Shown piece by piece: positions 9,844 to 17,913 of a stretch of 32,000 nt of DNA. The position numbers and the translations under genes were made by a program. Within the stretch, counting starts at the first letter, position 1, and the number at the start of each line of letters is the position of its first letter. The notes beneath the pieces were generated by a model, which did not search any database, was not told the origin of the DNA, and saw only the letters and a program-made list of their open reading frames with translations. The stretch is from Nitratidesulfovibrio vulgaris str. Hildenborough (GTDB lineage Bacteria; Desulfobacterota; Desulfovibrionia; Desulfovibrionales; Desulfovibrionaceae), in NCBI RefSeq assembly GCF_000195755.1, contig NC_002937.3, positions 810,001-842,000 of the forward strand. The letters are read 5' to 3'.

Positions 9844-9966
9844 GCGGATGACTTCGGGCCGGAAAGGCCAAGAGAGGTGGACGCCGCCCCGTTGCGACGC
9901 CGGGCCGTCCTTTCGCCATTCGACGCTAACGCCGGGCGTGACGCCCGCTTTCATACCGGAGGAGTG

Positions 9967-11478
9967 ATGAAGGTCTATCTCATCGGTGCCGGCCCGGGCG
10001 ACCCCGGACTGCTCACCCTCAAGGGCAAGGAAATCCTCGAACGTGCGGACGTGGTCGTCTACGACTTTCTGGCCAACGATGCCTTCCTCGCCTATGCCAA
10101 GCCCGATGCCGAAATCATCTACGTGGGCAAGAAGGGCGGCGACCATACCCTTTCGCAGGACGGCATCAACCGCCTCATCATCGAAAAGGCCAAAGAGGGC
10201 AAGGTCGTGGCGCGCCTCAAGGGTGGCGACCCCTACATGTTCGGGCGTGGCGGTGAAGAGGCCGAAGAACTGCTCGACGCGGGCGTGCCCTTCGAGGAAG
10301 TCCCCGGCGTGACCAGCGCCATCGCAGGGCCTGCCTACGCTGGTATTCCGCTCACCCACCGTTCGTATGCCTCGTCGGTGTCGTTCATCACCGGGCACGA
10401 GAATCCCGACAAGCCCGATTCGGCGCATAACTGGCAGGCCCTCGCCGCTGGTACCAGCACGCTGGTCTTCTTCATGGGCATGAAGAACCTGCCCGACATC
10501 TCGCGCAAGCTCATCGCCGCGGGCATGTCGCCTGACAAGCCCGCCGCGCTGGTGCGCTGGGGGACGACCCCGCGTCACCGCAGCCTCGTCGCCACCATCG
10601 CCACGTTGCCCGAAGAGGCCGTGAAGCATGGCTTCAGCAATCCCTCGCTCATCGTTGTGGGTGATGTGGTGCGTCTGCGCGACCGTCTCAACTGGTTCGA
10701 GCACAAGCCCCTGCTGGGCAAGGGCGTCGTGGTCACGCGCGCCCGTGAACAGGCCAGCGGCCTTGCTGCGGCGTTGCGTGAACTTGGGGCCGATGTCATC
10801 CAGTTTCCCACCATCGACATCCACCCCCTCGACGATTACGCCCCGGTGCATGAGGCCATCCGCGCCCTCGACACCTACGACTGGGTGGTCTTCACCTCGG
10901 TCAACGGCGTGAAGCACTTCTGGAACCAGCTTGCGGCGCTGGGGCTCGACAGCCGTGCCCTCGGCGGACGCAAGGTGGCAGCCATCGGCCCCGCCACGGC
11001 GGATGCCCTGCGCGACAAGGGCATCGCCCCCGACTTCATCCCCGAGAAGTACGTCGCCGAAGGCGTGGTCGAAGGGATGCTCGCCCGCGGTATGGGCGGC
11101 AAGCGCGTGCTGCTGCCCCGCGCCCTCGAAGCGCGTGAGGTGCTGCCCGAAGAACTTCGCAAGGCCGGTGCCACTGTCGACGTGCTGCCCGTGTACGTCA
11201 CCGTGCCCTCTGCCGCACGCCGTGACGACGTTCTGGCGCGCATGGAGGCGGGCGAGGTGCATTGCGTGACCTTCGGTTCGTCGTCCACCGTGGAGAACTT
11301 CTTCTCTCTGGTCCCTGCCGATACGGTGAAGGCGCACCCCGAAGTGAAGCTTGCCTGCATCGGCCCGGTGACCAAGAAGACGCTGGAGGGCTTCGGCTTC
11401 ACCTGCCATATCCAGCCCGACGACTACACCATCCCCGCACTTGTCGATGAACTGACCCGCGTATTGCCTGAATTGTAA
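9967..11478 (+). CDS. cobA/hemD: fused uroporphyrinogen-III C-methyltransferase / uroporphyrinogen-III synthase
   Basis: ORF 9820..11478 trimmed to ATG 9967 (MKVYLIGAGPGDPGLLTLKG), preceded by GGAGGAG. The N-terminal half has SUMT motifs (GAGPGDP, GGDPYMFGRGGEE, VPGVTSA). The C-terminal half is HemD-like (VVVTRAREQA..., VVFTSVNGVKHF). Length 503 aa. Confidence 0.93.
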   Translation: MKVYLIGAGPGDPGLLTLKGKEILERADVVVYDFLANDAFLAYAKPDAEIIYVGKKGGDHTLSQDGINRLIIEKAKEGKVVARLKGGDPYMFGRGGEEAEELLDAGVPFEEVPGVTSAIAGPAYAGIPLTHRSYASSVSFITGHENPDKPDSAHNWQALAAGTSTLVFFMGMKNLPDISRKLIAAGMSPDKPAALVRWGTTPRHRSLVATIATLPEEAVKHGFSNPSLIVVGDVVRLRDRLNWFEHKPLLGKGVVVTRAREQASGLAAALRELGADVIQFPTIDIHPLDDYAPVHEAIRALDTYDWVVFTSVNGVKHFWNQLAALGLDSRALGGRKVAAIGPATADALRDKGIAPDFIPEKYVAEGVVEGMLARGMGGKRVLLPRALEAREVLPEELRKAGATVDVLPVYVTVPSAARRDDVLARMEAGEVHCVTFGSSSTVENFFSLVPADTVKAHPEVKLACIGPVTKKTLEGFGFTCHIQPDDYTIPALVDELTRVLPEL

Positions 11479-11484
11479 GACCTC

Positions 11485-11514
11485 GGGCGGCATGTCCTTG
11501 CGGATGTGCCGCCC
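11485..11514 (+). terminator. hairpin after cobA/hemD (weak terminator candidate)
   Basis: GGGCGGCA (11485-11492) pairs with TGCCGCCC (11507-11514). The nearest T-run (CTTTTCT) lies 12 nt further on, so this is not a canonical terminator. Confidence 0.35.
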
Positions 11515-12068
11515 TCCGGTCTCCCTTTTCTGCCTCTCTCGTCAGGTGGCATCTGCCGATGGCAGGGGCCATAGTGCATCAGCCTGTTGACGGCGAAGGC
11601 TCGCGGCGCGAATACCCCATGGGGGGGCAGCCGTGCTCTTACTGTGCGTGGCGGCTTTTCTTGCCTTGCAGTCCTGAGTGCCGTCGCTGATAAATGACTG
11701 CGTCTCGTGATGCCTTGCGCCCGTCGTACTGGCGTACGAGCGAGCCTTTCCTTGAGCGCTGTCGGCTACGTCATCTGCCGAGGCCACGAGGCCACTGCGC
11801 TCGGTCGGCTTTATGGGTGACGCTGCTGGAGACGCGGCCGACGTCGTCCCGACGGGGCCCTCGATCCAGATTCCCTGACCGGATTTCCGGGGCAGCCGCT
11901 GGACGAGGACTTCACGCCAGAAGACCGGACAAGGCGGAGGATGTCTTCGGGGCGCGTCGCATGAAGTGTTGCGGTGCAAGAACGTGCGTTGATACATGGC
12001 GGTTGACGAAGCCATGCCGTGGGAGTGTAGAGTGGACGCATTCACTCCGCATTCGGTGGCGGGTGGGC

Positions 12069-12099
12069 GATGCAGGTGACGCGGGCGTCACCATGCATC
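12069..12099. promoter_or_regulatory. 31-nt near-perfect palindrome/hairpin in the MOSC leader
   Basis: GATGCA+GGTGACGC (12069-12082), GG, GCGTCACC+A+TGCATC (12085-12099): 14 bp with one bulged A. It lies 87 nt upstream of ATG 12186. Confidence 0.4.
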
Positions 12100-12185
12100 A
12101 CCGGACAGGTATGCCGACAACGTATGTAGCCTCTGCCGGCACTGGGCTTCGAAGAACCGGATGACGGCAGGGCAGGGAGGCGACC

Positions 12186-12620
12186 ATGGGGCATGTCAGG
12201 GCCGTGTGCATCAGTGAACGCAAGGGCGAACGCAAGGTCGTCGTCGAAGCCATTACCCTGCGTGAGGACTTCGGTGTCGTGGGGGATGTGCACGCCGGGT
12301 CCGGCAGGCAGGTGAGCCTGCTGGCGTCGGAAAGTGTCGACACCATGCGCCCGAAGATGCCGCAGCTTGCGGCGGGCGACTTTGCCGAGAATATGCTGGT
12401 CGAGGGGCTTGAAGTCACTGCGCTGCCCATCGGCACGCGCCTTGCCGTGGGCGGGGAGGCGTTGCTTGAAGTGACGCAGATAGGCAAGACCTGTCACTCG
12501 AAGTGTAACATCCACAAGACGGTGGGATTCTGCGTGATGCCCACCGAAGGCGTGTTCGCGCGCGTGGTGCGCGGGGGCGTCGTACGTGCCGGTGACCCTA
12601 TCGTGCGCGTAGACGGCTGA
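12186..12620 (+). CDS. MOSC domain protein (144 aa)
   Basis: ATG preceded by GGGAGG (12175-12180). The protein MGHVRAVCISERKGERK...GDFAENMLVEGLEVTALPIGTRLAVGGEALLEVTQIGKTCH is typical of small MOSC beta-barrel proteins found with molybdenum-cofactor genes. Confidence 0.8.
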   Translation: MGHVRAVCISERKGERKVVVEAITLREDFGVVGDVHAGSGRQVSLLASESVDTMRPKMPQLAAGDFAENMLVEGLEVTALPIGTRLAVGGEALLEVTQIGKTCHSKCNIHKTVGFCVMPTEGVFARVVRGGVVRAGDPIVRVDG

Positions 12621-12646
12621 CCGCATCAGCGCCGACCGGAGTAACC

Positions 12647-13324
12647 ATGCTGCGAATCGCTGTGCTGGCTTCCGGCAACGGCTCGAATCTTCAGGCCATC
12701 CTCGACAGGATTGCCTCTGGCGCGCTCGATGCCGAGGTGGGCGTCGTCATCTCCAACAAGCCGCAGGCCCGTGCGCTTGAGCGTGCCCGCAGTGCGGGAG
12801 TGCCGTCATTGGCACTCGACCCCGCCGCATACGCCGACCGCGAAAGCTACGATGCCGCCCTCGTGGAAGCCATCCGTGCCGCCGGGGCACAGTGTGTGGT
12901 ACTCGCCGGCTACATGCGGCTGCTGACCCCGGTTTTTCTGGCTGCCTTTCCGGGGGCGGTCATCAACATCCACCCTTCGCTGCTTCCCAGTTTTCCCGGT
13001 TTGCGCGGGGCTGGCGACGCCCTGGACTACGGGGTGCGCCTTGCCGGTTGTACCGTGCATTTCGTGAATGAGGAGATGGACGGCGGCGCTGTCATCGTGC
13101 AGGCTGCCGTGCCCGTCACGCCGGGTGAACCGCTGGACGACCTCAAAGCCCGCATCCATGCCATGGAACACCGCATCTACCCGCAGGCCCTGCAATGGCT
13201 TGCGCAGGGGCGCCTGCGTGTGGAGGGGCGTTGCGTTCATGTCGCCCCGCCGGATAGTGGTGTGGTGCCTGCGGCGGCTGGCGGGGCGTGGCTGGTGAGT
13301 CCGCCCCTTGAACCGGGATTCTGA
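12647..13324 (+). CDS. purN: phosphoribosylglycinamide formyltransferase
   Basis: MLRIAVLASGNGSNLQAILD..., NIHPSLLPSFPG, and GCTVHFVNEEMDGGAVIVQ are classic PurN motifs. GGAG RBS at 12638-12641. Confidence 0.92.
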   Translation: MLRIAVLASGNGSNLQAILDRIASGALDAEVGVVISNKPQARALERARSAGVPSLALDPAAYADRESYDAALVEAIRAAGAQCVVLAGYMRLLTPVFLAAFPGAVINIHPSLLPSFPGLRGAGDALDYGVRLAGCTVHFVNEEMDGGAVIVQAAVPVTPGEPLDDLKARIHAMEHRIYPQALQWLAQGRLRVEGRCVHVAPPDSGVVPAAAGGAWLVSPPLEPGF

Positions 13325-13513
13325 ACCGGACGCACATCGGTAGCACATCAGTCGGGGGCGCGTTTCCGGCGCCAAAGCACGTAGGTGGGGCCCTCTGCGT
13401 ATCATGCGATGCGCGCCCTTGTGTGTGTCCCGTTCCTTCCCGCCTGGCCCCGCTTGTCCCCGGATGGGCCCCGAGGCCTTCAGGGTGTGCGGCAGGGGCC
13501 GGCAGGGGGGGGC

Positions 13514-13563
13514 GGTGATGCGCACCGGGGGGGCGCGTCGGGTGATGCGAGACAGGTGATACG
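13514..13563. repeat. three copies of GGTGATRCG in the convergent gap
   Basis: GGTGATGCG at 13514-13522 and 13541-13549, and GGTGATACG at 13555-13563. Flanked by G7-G8 runs. Confidence 0.5.
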
Positions 13564-13576
13564 TGTGTGCTGGCTG

Positions 13577-15820
13577 TCAGGGGGTGTCCACGGCTTCCGG
13601 CTGCATCAGTGCGCCGGTGTTCCGGTACGGCAGCCGCAGGGTGAAGCATGTGCCGTGCCCCGGGTCGGACGTCACGTCGAACGTGCCCTTGTGGTTGCGG
13701 GTGACGATGAAATAGGAGACCGACAGGCCAAGCCCGGTGCCGACCCCGACATCCTTCGTGGTGAAGAAGGGTTCGAAGACGCGCTTGCGGATGTCCGGCG
13801 TCATCCCCGGCCCGTTGTCCTCCACATCTATGCGGGCCATGTCCCCTTCTCGGCGGGTACGCAGGGTGACGCGGGGCCTCTCTTCTGACGGTGGCTTCTC
13901 AGCGAGTGCCTGCGCCGCATTGCGCAGCAGGTTGAGGATGACCTGCTCAATCTCCGTCACGGAACAGACCAGCGGCGGCAGGTCGGCGTCATAGTCACGC
14001 ACGATCATGATGTGCCTGAAATCGTACTTCTTTTTCAGGTCGTAATCGTTGGCGGCAAGGTCCACTGTCCTGTCCAGCGCGTCGCGCAAGTCAACAGTCG
14101 AATGGCGTGTCTCGCTTCTGCGGCTGAATTCCAGCATGTTGGCCACGATGTTGGCCGCGCGTGCCCCCGCCTCGCGGATGCCTTCAAGAAAGGCGGGAAT
14201 CCTGCGTTCGGCAAGATAGGCGTTGATGGCTTCCAGCGGGCAGCCCACCCTGTTGGCGGTATCGGTGTTGGCGGGCAGGGCAGGGTCCAGCCTGCGCTGG
14301 ATGTTCTGGGCACCGAGGAGAATGGCCCCGAGAGGGTTGTTTATCTCGTGCGCCATGCCAGCGGCAAGCCCACCCACCGACATCATCTTTTCAGTCTGCA
14401 CCATCAACTCTTCCATATGGACCCGCGCCGTCACATCATCCACTCGTAGCAGCGCGTGGGCTGTCTCCGAATCGGCGATGGGGAACAGGGCGACGTCTTC
14501 GAAGAGGGTACGACCTTCATGCTGGTGGGCAAGGCGGTCATGGCGGAACGTTGCACCGTTCTGTATGGCATCCAGCATCTCATCCGTGACCGGGGAGAGG
14601 AAGGGCAGCAGTTCCGCCACGGCGCGTCCACGGCCCTCTTCGCTACCTATGCCCACGCGCTCCCCTGCGGCAGCGTTCATGAGCGATACGCGTCCTTCCC
14701 TGTCGAGGGCGAACAGGGCGGAGGGGATGGCGTCGATCACGGTTCCGACGAAGGCCCGTTCGCGTTTGAGGTCAGTCTCACGTTGCCGCACCCTGTCGGA
14801 CATGAGCATGAAGGTGTCGTTCATGGTGTCCAGTTCGGTGAAGTCGTGCCTATGCGGCAGTGGCGGGCCGTATTCGCCCGCTGCCACCCGCCTGAGCGAC
14901 GCAGCCAGTGCCTTGAGAGGGTCGCCCACCCGCAGGCGGAGGTCGCGTATCAGCCTGAAGGCGAAGACGACATACAGGGCCGTAAGGAGGACGACCAGAA
15001 GCCCGATGCCTCCTGCCACCTCGCTCAGCAGGGCTGAACGGCGCTTCAGCGACAGGATCTTCCAGTCGTGGGGCTCCACTGTGGCGACGGTGGCTACCCA
15101 GCTGGTGCCGCCGAGATTGAGCGTACCCTGGGTTGGCGGGTCGTGGCGCCTGAAGAACGGCAGGTCGCCGATGTTGCCCTGACGCTGTATTTCTGTGGGG
15201 TCGGGGTGTGCGATGAGGTTGCCGAAGCGATCGGTGATGATGAGGGCTTCGCTTTCTTCGGGGAGCAGTTCCTGAATGGAACGGCTGAAGGCATCGAGCC
15301 GCAGGGCACCGAGCAGGCGCCCTTTTGTCCACAGGTCTGTTCCGATCCACACCACGACTTCACCTGTATCCCCCAGGGGGATGGGTTTGCCGATGATGGG
15401 GCTTGCCGACTCCTCTCCCCGTGGCTGATGGAGCGGGAAATCGACCTGCACCGGGCCGCGTGGTGTACGTGCCACGATGGTGCCGCTGGCATCGAGGACG
15501 ATGACGCGGGCGAACAGTTCAAGGGCGTGGGCATCGGTGGCGGTGAGGGTGCGAAGAAGGTCTTCGCTGGGTGTGCGTGGTAGGCGCAGCGCCATCTCGC
15601 GTAACGATTCCTGGGCAAGGGCTATGTGGGCATTGATCTGTCGCGTGAGCAGTGTGGTGGTTCGCACGCTGCGCTCTTCGAAGTTGCGCTTCTGCACGAG
15701 GTAGAGGAAGGCGCTGGTCGAGGCGAGCGAAAAGAGCGCCAGCAGCATGAGCCACAGCGTGAGCCTGCGTTGCAGGAAGCCGGTGAGGGTCGGCGTTGCG
15801 GAGGTATTGACCGGCATCAT
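13577..15820 (-). CDS. membrane sensor histidine kinase (TM - periplasmic domain - TM - HAMP - PAS - HisKA - HATPase)
   Basis: 747 aa. N-terminal TM (LTLWLMLLALFSLASTSAFLYLV) and second TM (GGIGLLVVLLTALYVVFAFRLI). H-box MAHEINNPLGAIL; N/G boxes LLRNAAQAL, DNGPGM, GTGLGLS. Its ATG overlaps the stop of the upstream gene (ATGA at 15817-15820). Confidence 0.9.
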   Translation of the reverse strand: MMPVNTSATPTLTGFLQRRLTLWLMLLALFSLASTSAFLYLVQKRNFEERSVRTTTLLTRQINAHIALAQESLREMALRLPRTPSEDLLRTLTATDAHALELFARVIVLDASGTIVARTPRGPVQVDFPLHQPRGEESASPIIGKPIPLGDTGEVVVWIGTDLWTKGRLLGALRLDAFSRSIQELLPEESEALIITDRFGNLIAHPDPTEIQRQGNIGDLPFFRRHDPPTQGTLNLGGTSWVATVATVEPHDWKILSLKRRSALLSEVAGGIGLLVVLLTALYVVFAFRLIRDLRLRVGDPLKALAASLRRVAAGEYGPPLPHRHDFTELDTMNDTFMLMSDRVRQRETDLKRERAFVGTVIDAIPSALFALDREGRVSLMNAAAGERVGIGSEEGRGRAVAELLPFLSPVTDEMLDAIQNGATFRHDRLAHQHEGRTLFEDVALFPIADSETAHALLRVDDVTARVHMEELMVQTEKMMSVGGLAAGMAHEINNPLGAILLGAQNIQRRLDPALPANTDTANRVGCPLEAINAYLAERRIPAFLEGIREAGARAANIVANMLEFSRRSETRHSTVDLRDALDRTVDLAANDYDLKKKYDFRHIMIVRDYDADLPPLVCSVTEIEQVILNLLRNAAQALAEKPPSEERPRVTLRTRREGDMARIDVEDNGPGMTPDIRKRVFEPFFTTKDVGVGTGLGLSVSYFIVTRNHKGTFDVTSDPGHGTCFTLRLPYRNTGALMQPEAVDTP

Positions 15821-16938
15821 TGTATGCTGACGAACTCCCCGTTGCGTATGGTCACGATGTAGGGTGGCCGCTGGACATCGCCGTACTGGTCGAGGGTCAC
15901 GGTCTCGCTGATACCTTGCACCGGGGTTCCTGCCGCGAGCGCTTCACGCAGCCCTTGGGCCCTGCCTCCGGTACGGCGGAGGGCCGCGGCCAGCACCTTG
16001 GCACTTTCATAGGCCAGGGCCGCCGCGAAGTTGGGCTCCCAGCCGAACCGTTCCGTGTATGCCTTGCGGAAGGCGAGATAGCCTTCACGCGTGTCGTCGG
16101 GCAGGTAGCTGATGGTGAAGACGATGCCTTCGACCGCGCGTCCGCCCGCAAGGAATATCTCGCGCGTGTAGGCCCACGAGGAACTCAACAGCACGGGGCG
16201 CGGTGAGTCGTGCGCATCTATGAATTGCGCGAGGGCTGCCGTGTCGCGGGCTGATGCGGCAAGCACGATGGTGTCGGGATTCGTCGAGACTGCACGGATG
16301 GCAGCGGCCTCCAGTGTGTCACGCTGGGCTGAGGTGAAGGGGATGCGTTGCAGGAGTCTGCCTCCACCCGCTTCAAACTGCGTGACGAAACCGTCTACGA
16401 ACGACCCCGCGAAGGCCTGATTGGCCGTCTCGTAGATGACTGAGACGGTCTTCAGCCCCTGTGCGAGGGCGTAGTCCGCCGTGGCGTACGCCCATGAGTC
16501 GTTGTCGGGCATGAGCCTGAAGAAGCCGTCCCGCTTGCCGGTGAGCAGGGGTGTCGAGACCGTGGGGGCAATCATGACGGCCCCGTGCTGTTCGACGACG
16601 GGAAGGCCTGCGATGGCCTGATTGCTGGTCATGTGCCCGATGATGGCTACGACACCCTGGCGGAGGAGTGCCGAGTCGGCGTCGCGGGCACTCTCTGCCG
16701 TGGGGCCGTCGTCCATGGACAGCAGTTCAAGCTGGCGTCCGTTGATGCCCCCCCCGGCATTGATGTGCTCGATGGCGAGTTGGGCACCGTTGCGTCCCTG
16801 TACCCCAAGGTCGGAGTTGACACCGGTGAGGGGGCCGGAAAACCCCACGAGAATGGGGGGCGACGGCCGCAACAGGACCACGGCGATGCCAACGGTCAGA
16901 ACGCCCCCCAGAATGACCCAGATGAGACCAGCGCGCAT
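15817..16938 (-). CDS. LivJ/LivK-type (type I) periplasmic solute-binding protein, membrane anchored
   Basis: 373 aa. N-terminal hydrophobic anchor MRAGLIWVILGGVLTVGIAVVLL, then ILVGFSGPLTGVNSDLGVQGRNGAQLAIEHINAGGGINGRQLELLSMDD, typical of branched-chain amino-acid-type binding proteins. No permease or ATPase genes are nearby. Confidence 0.85.
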   Translation of the reverse strand: MRAGLIWVILGGVLTVGIAVVLLRPSPPILVGFSGPLTGVNSDLGVQGRNGAQLAIEHINAGGGINGRQLELLSMDDGPTAESARDADSALLRQGVVAIIGHMTSNQAIAGLPVVEQHGAVMIAPTVSTPLLTGKRDGFFRLMPDNDSWAYATADYALAQGLKTVSVIYETANQAFAGSFVDGFVTQFEAGGGRLLQRIPFTSAQRDTLEAAAIRAVSTNPDTIVLAASARDTAALAQFIDAHDSPRPVLLSSSWAYTREIFLAGGRAVEGIVFTISYLPDDTREGYLAFRKAYTERFGWEPNFAAALAYESAKVLAAALRRTGGRAQGLREALAAGTPVQGISETVTLDQYGDVQRPPYIVTIRNGEFVSIQ

Positions 16939-17064
16939 GTGAAACCCCCGTGCAGCAATGGTAGAACACTTCTGTGTTCTCGAAAACAGGAATCATGCAC
17001 CGCTGGACGGGGGTGGTCATGTCTGGCAGCATCACCGTACTGATGTAGCCAGACCGGAGGTCAC

Positions 17065-17637
17065 ATGAAGTCGTTCCGTCTTGCTCTTTCCACCGAAGAG
17101 AAGCGCTTTCTTGGGCAGTTGGTGCAATGGGCCATCCGGCGTACCCTCGCCGGTGAACCGGTCGCGGACGGGGATGTCCCGCGACCGCCTGACGGGACGC
17201 TCCATGCCCCGCTGGGAGCGTTCGTCACCTTGCACCGGGATGGGGCCCTGCGTGGCTGCATCGGTTCCATCGTGGGGCACGAACCGCTGTACCTCAATGT
17301 CTGCCGCATGGCACGGGCCGCAGCCTTTGAAGACCCGCGCTTTTCGCCCGTGGGTGCAGAGGAGGTCGACGCGCTTCATGTCGAGATTTCCGTCATGGGG
17401 CCGGTGACCCCCTGCCCCGACCCGGCGCATGTGGAAGTGGGCAGACACGGGCTGCTGATTCGGCGGGGAGGGCGGACAGGGTTGCTGTTGCCGCAGGTCG
17501 CCGTGGAACAGGGATGGGATGCCCTGACCTTTCTGGAACACACCTGCCGCAAGGCAGGGCTGGAGGGCGGCTGCTGGCGCGTGGCAGGAACAGAACTCTA
17601 CTGGTTCGAGGCTCTGGTGTTCACGCCGCCACGGTGA
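17065..17637 (+). CDS. AMMECR1 domain protein
   Basis: 190 aa. ATG preceded by GGAGG (17056-17060). LGAFVTLHRDGALRGCIGSIVGHEPL and GLLLPQVAVEQGWD are AMMECR1 signatures. Confidence 0.9.
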   Translation: MKSFRLALSTEEKRFLGQLVQWAIRRTLAGEPVADGDVPRPPDGTLHAPLGAFVTLHRDGALRGCIGSIVGHEPLYLNVCRMARAAAFEDPRFSPVGAEEVDALHVEISVMGPVTPCPDPAHVEVGRHGLLIRRGGRTGLLLPQVAVEQGWDALTFLEHTCRKAGLEGGCWRVAGTELYWFEALVFTPPR

Positions 17638-17913
17638 TGCTGGCGTGTCATGATGTCTGTAGGGGGGCGGTGCGGGCCGGGTGACACGCGGTCTCCCGGC
17701 GACACGGACTCCGCAAGGCAGGCTGGCGAGAGGGCCGGTTAGTTGGCGGGGGGGCCCGGTATGCATGTGGCACGCACGGGACAGCACCGTTCAGGTGCCC
17801 GGCTGGGGGGGCGGAAGGCGGATTGCCTGCCCGTATGGCTGTGCTGCGGTGCGCTTGACACCGCCGGATGGCGGGCATAGGCAGGGCGTTCCATCACATC
17901 CGGAGTCATCCCC

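Noticed and set aside
9820-9966. N-terminal extensions offered by the ORF track. Plus-strand extensions: cobA/hemD 9820-9966, valS 6380-6472, 18957-19145, 19462-19629, 24338-24409, 25639-25689. Minus-strand extensions: tgt 2066-2227, LytTR 30032-30172, BPL_N-like 6340-6453
   Set aside because: The extensions often begin at GTG/TTG and are Arg/Pro/Gly-rich. They lack an RBS and would overlap neighbouring genes or terminators. The internal ATGs have Shine-Dalgarno sequences at 4-8 nt and give family-typical N-termini or signal peptides.
8572-11493. 973-aa minus-strand ORF spanning the valS 3' end, the DUF3795 gene and all of cobA/hemD
   Set aside because: It is entirely antisense to three genes with strong family signatures. 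Its translation is low-complexity Arg/Ala/Gly/His-rich with no motifs. This is a typical shadow ORF caused by stop-codon depletion in GC-rich DNA.
11791-11797. GCCACTG heptamer reminiscent of the conserved cobalamin-riboswitch core, downstream of cobA/hemD
   Set aside because: None of the other conserved B12-element blocks (GGGAA, GGTG..AA.TCC, B12 box) are visible nearby, and no suitable downstream gene follows it.
11542-12164. ORFs 11542..12045 (minus, 167 aa) and 11694..12164 (plus, 156 aa) in the large gap upstream of the MOSC gene
   Set aside because: No RBS and no motifs. The composition is Arg/Ser/Thr/Ala-rich, and my partial hand count gives only moderate third-position G+C for the minus ORF. 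I therefore leave the region as non-coding, though a small real gene cannot be excluded without expression or homology data.
13494-13540. G4 to G8 runs that could in principle form a G-quadruplex (similar runs at 17666, 17750, 17807, 25510, 30254)
   Set aside because: The loops between G-tracts are long and irregular. G-runs are common in the intergenic DNA of this window, and there is no sequence-based reason to assign function.
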